From the NCBI RefSeq assembly GCF_006345805.1, contig NC_042998.1, forward strand, positions 25,358,001 through 25,422,000: a stretch of 64,000 nt of DNA, in the 5' to 3' direction. Position numbers and translations under genes: made by a program. The first letter of the stretch is position 1. Every line of letters starts with the position of its first letter. Positions 63,634-64,000 of this stretch are shown piece by piece. The stretch comes from Octopus sinensis. Taxonomy: Eukaryota. The notes beneath the pieces are model-generated. The model saw nothing but the letters and a program-made list of their open reading frames with translations. It did not search any database and had not been told where the DNA came from.

Positions 63634-64000
63634 AAGGTGGCGAGCTGGTAGAAATGTTAGTATTCCATGCGAAATTCTTAGCGATATTTCACCAGCCGTT
63701 ACACTCTGAGTTCAAATTCTGCCGAGGTCGACTTTGCCTTTCATCCTTTCGGGGTCGATAAATTTAAGTACCAATTTCTTTATTACCTACAAGGGGCTAA
63801 ACACAGAGGAGACAAACAAGGATAGACATAGGTATTAAGTCGATTACATCGACCCCAGTGCGTAACTGGTACTTAATTTATCAACCCCGAAAGGATGAAA
63901 GGCAAAGTCGACCTTGGCGGAATTTGAACTCACAATGTAACGCAGACGAAATACCGCTAAGCATTTCGCCCAGTGTGCTAACGTTTCTGCCAGCTCGCTA
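63634..64000. mobile_element. Tail-to-tail family 1 SINE pair (63634-63773 +, 63774-64000 -)
   Basis: gccgaggtcgactttgcctttcatcctttcggggtcgataaa on + pairs with its reverse complement at approx. 63870-63920. Confidence 0.88.

Overview
AT-rich, microsatellite-saturated animal genomic DNA with no host protein-coding gene I can support. It is an intergenic or deep-intronic interval. From recall of the repeat families (no database search), it is most consistent with an octopus genome. It is a mosaic of: (1) about 50 copies of four or five tRNA-derived or RTE-tailed SINE families, several with 12-14 bp target-site duplications (TSDs); (2) fossils of RTE, I/Nimb-like and CR1/L2-like LINEs; (3) one Penelope-like element (RT thumb plus GIY-YIG); (4) two mariner relics, a Tc1/maT-like relic, a hAT-Charlie MITE, piggyBac-like MITEs and three non-autonomous Helitrons; (5) a 28S rRNA fragment split by a SINE; (6) many simple and minisatellite repeats, which explain nearly all ORFs in the supplied track. 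The most interesting signal is about 10 minimal type-I hammerhead-ribozyme-like motifs in at least four sequence families. They have palindromic, dimer-type stem III and mostly sit in short non-coding elements embedded in (TA)n tracts, two families as head-to-head inverted pairs. One family has a consistently non-canonical core (CUGUNGA-A). Hammerheads in Penelope-like elements are known; whether these families and this core variant are described or active needs Rfam/Dfam searches and cleavage assays.
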